From an uncultured Actinomycetes bacterium (GTDB lineage: Bacteria > Actinomycetota > Thermoleophilia > RBG-16-64-13), in NCBI GenBank assembly GCA_947085635.1, contig CAMTXC010000005.1:16749-80748 (forward strand): a stretch of DNA of 64,000 nt, written 5' to 3'. The position numbers and the translations under genes were made by a program. This document shows, in pieces, positions 63,003 to 64,000 of the stretch. Positions within the stretch are counted from its first letter, which is position 1, and every line of letters begins with the position of its first letter. The notes under the pieces were generated by a model. It was not told the DNA's origin and ran no database searches. It saw only the letters and a program-made list of their open reading frames with translations.

Positions 63003-64000
63003 TTGACTGAGGCGGTCACGTTGATGGTCGGGGGGCGGGAGGTCCATCTCGGTCACCCCGACAAGGTGCTCTTCCCCGAGCAGGGGTGGACCAAGCTCGA
63101 CGTGGCCGAGCACTACGTCGCTTGCGCAGAGGGCGCCTTGCGGGGGGTCATCGGCCGCCCGACGGTGCTGAAGCGGTGGCCGAAAGGCGTCTCCGCGAAG
63201 CCCTTTTTCCAGAAGCGGGCGCCCAAACCGAAGGACGGCCCCCTGCACGAGTACGCCACGGTGCGGTTCCCGTCGGGACGTTTCGCCGATCTTCTCGTGC
63301 CTCGCCATGCGGCCGACATCATCTGGATGGCCCATCTCGACTGCCTCGACTTGAACCCCTGGCCCGTTCGCGCAAATGACGTCGATCGACCTGACGAGCT
63401 GCGGCTCGACCTCGACCCCGAGCCCGATATACCGTTCTCGGCGGTGCAGACGGTGGCGCTCCGCTGCCGTGAGGTGCTCGAGGAGCATGGTCTCGTGGGT
63501 TGGCCGAAGACCTCGGGCTCGCGGGGCATCCACGTGTCGGTGCGCATCGCTCCCGAGTGGCCGTTCACCGAGGTGCGCCGCGCCGCGCTGGCGCTTGCGC
63601 GGGAGGTGGGGCGACGGGAACCGAAGCTCGCCACCAGCTCGTGGTGGAAGGAAGAACGTCGCGGCGTTTTCATCGACTACAACCAGAACGCGCGTGACCG
63701 CACGGTGGCGAGTGCCTACAGCGTGCGGCCTACGGGGTTCGTCTCCGCTCCACTGCGTTGGGGCGAGGTTCCCGACGCGGAGATCGCCGACTTCCCACTC
63801 GACACCTTTGCCCGGGATCGCTACGCGCGGGTCGGCGACCTCACGGCAGGCATCGACGATGCGGTGGGCGATCTGGGGAGTCTGCTCGAACTCGCAAGGC
63901 GAGACGCCGAGGAGGGCCTGGGTGACGCTCCCTGGCCGCCCCACTTCCCCAAGCAGCCGGACGAACCCCCGCGCGTGCAGCCCTCGCGCCGTCGCGCCAA
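63003..64000 (+). CDS. LigD-type NHEJ polymerase/primase domain protein; 3' end runs off the window
   Basis: Absent from the ORF track because there is no stop in the window. GGREVHLGHPDKVLFPE..., LDLDP and WPKTSGSRGIHV motifs. TTG 63003 lies 6 nt after AAGGAG; alternative ATG at 63024. Confidence 0.85.
   Translation, partial: MTEAVTLMVGGREVHLGHPDKVLFPEQGWTKLDVAEHYVACAEGALRGVIGRPTVLKRWPKGVSAKPFFQKRAPKPKDGPLHEYATVRFPSGRFADLLVPRHAADIIWMAHLDCLDLNPWPVRANDVDRPDELRLDLDPEPDIPFSAVQTVALRCREVLEEHGLVGWPKTSGSRGIHVSVRIAPEWPFTEVRRAALALAREVGRREPKLATSSWWKEERRGVFIDYNQNARDRTVASAYSVRPTGFVSAPLRWGEVPDAEIADFPLDTFARDRYARVGDLTAGIDDAVGDLGSLLELARRDAEEGLGDAPWPPHFPKQPDEPPRVQPSRRRA

Noticed and set aside
1-64000. Mobile elements, prophage, tRNA/rRNA genes and defence systems
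   Set aside because: I found no transposase, integrase, recombinase, phage structural, restriction-modification, toxin-antitoxin or Cas-like translations, and no cloverleaf-like or rRNA-like segments in the intergenic regions I read. Their absence cannot be proven without tRNAscan or Infernal-type searches.

Overview
GC-rich bacterial chromosomal window; third codon positions are mostly G/C. Gene content (mycofactocin, heliorhodopsin, LigD, CtaB, ANTAR) suggests a monoderm Actinomycetota- or Chloroflexota-like organism, but that is inference only. I recognised no rRNA, tRNA, CRISPR array, transposase or integrase.

Gene order, left to right:
- Partial Rieske protein.
- Copper/metal island: cupredoxin-like protein, CopA, a divergent polyferredoxin membrane protein, a YHS protein, and a MacB-type ABC exporter whose ATPase carries a C-terminal YHS domain.
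- PaaI thioesterase, VanW, FAD oxidoreductase and a wHTH regulator operon.
- Three operons preceded by paralogous leader RNAs: (i) Zn-ADH / LDH-MDH-like / ketopantoate-reductase-like; (ii) VOC / ADH / split transketolase / LIV-type ABC importer / corrinoid protein / URO-D-type methyltransferase; (iii) aldehyde:ferredoxin oxidoreductase plus MoaD, next to a FIST-GAF histidine kinase and an ANTAR response regulator.
- A non-canonical mycofactocin cluster: mftA-mftB-mftC-[OYE/Fe-S flavoprotein]-fixB-fixC-fixX-fixA-mftF.
- A trp operon with a Trp-Trp leader peptide, trpE, G, D, C and a trpF-trpA fusion, but no trpB.
- DEAD-box helicase, hemolysin-III, archaeal-type PEP carboxylase, heme O synthase, a heliorhodopsin and a partial LigD polymerase domain.

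Most interesting observations:
1. The electron-transfer module embedded in the mycofactocin cluster, where mftD/mftE normally sit.
2. A conserved hairpin-plus-terminator leader shared by three operons, consistent with an ANTAR regulon.
3. A palindrome (GTCAGACGTCTGAC-like) recurring at five promoter regions, including those of mftA and the GntR gene.
4. An in-frame TAG inside a corrinoid protein.
5. An unusually high density of disrupted genes and in-frame tandem duplications.

Three genes are absent from the ORF track and were found by eye: mftA, trpL and the two edge-truncated genes. Long Arg/Pro/Gly-rich antisense ORFs in the track are treated as GC artefacts. All functional calls rest on motif recognition by eye; no searches were run.
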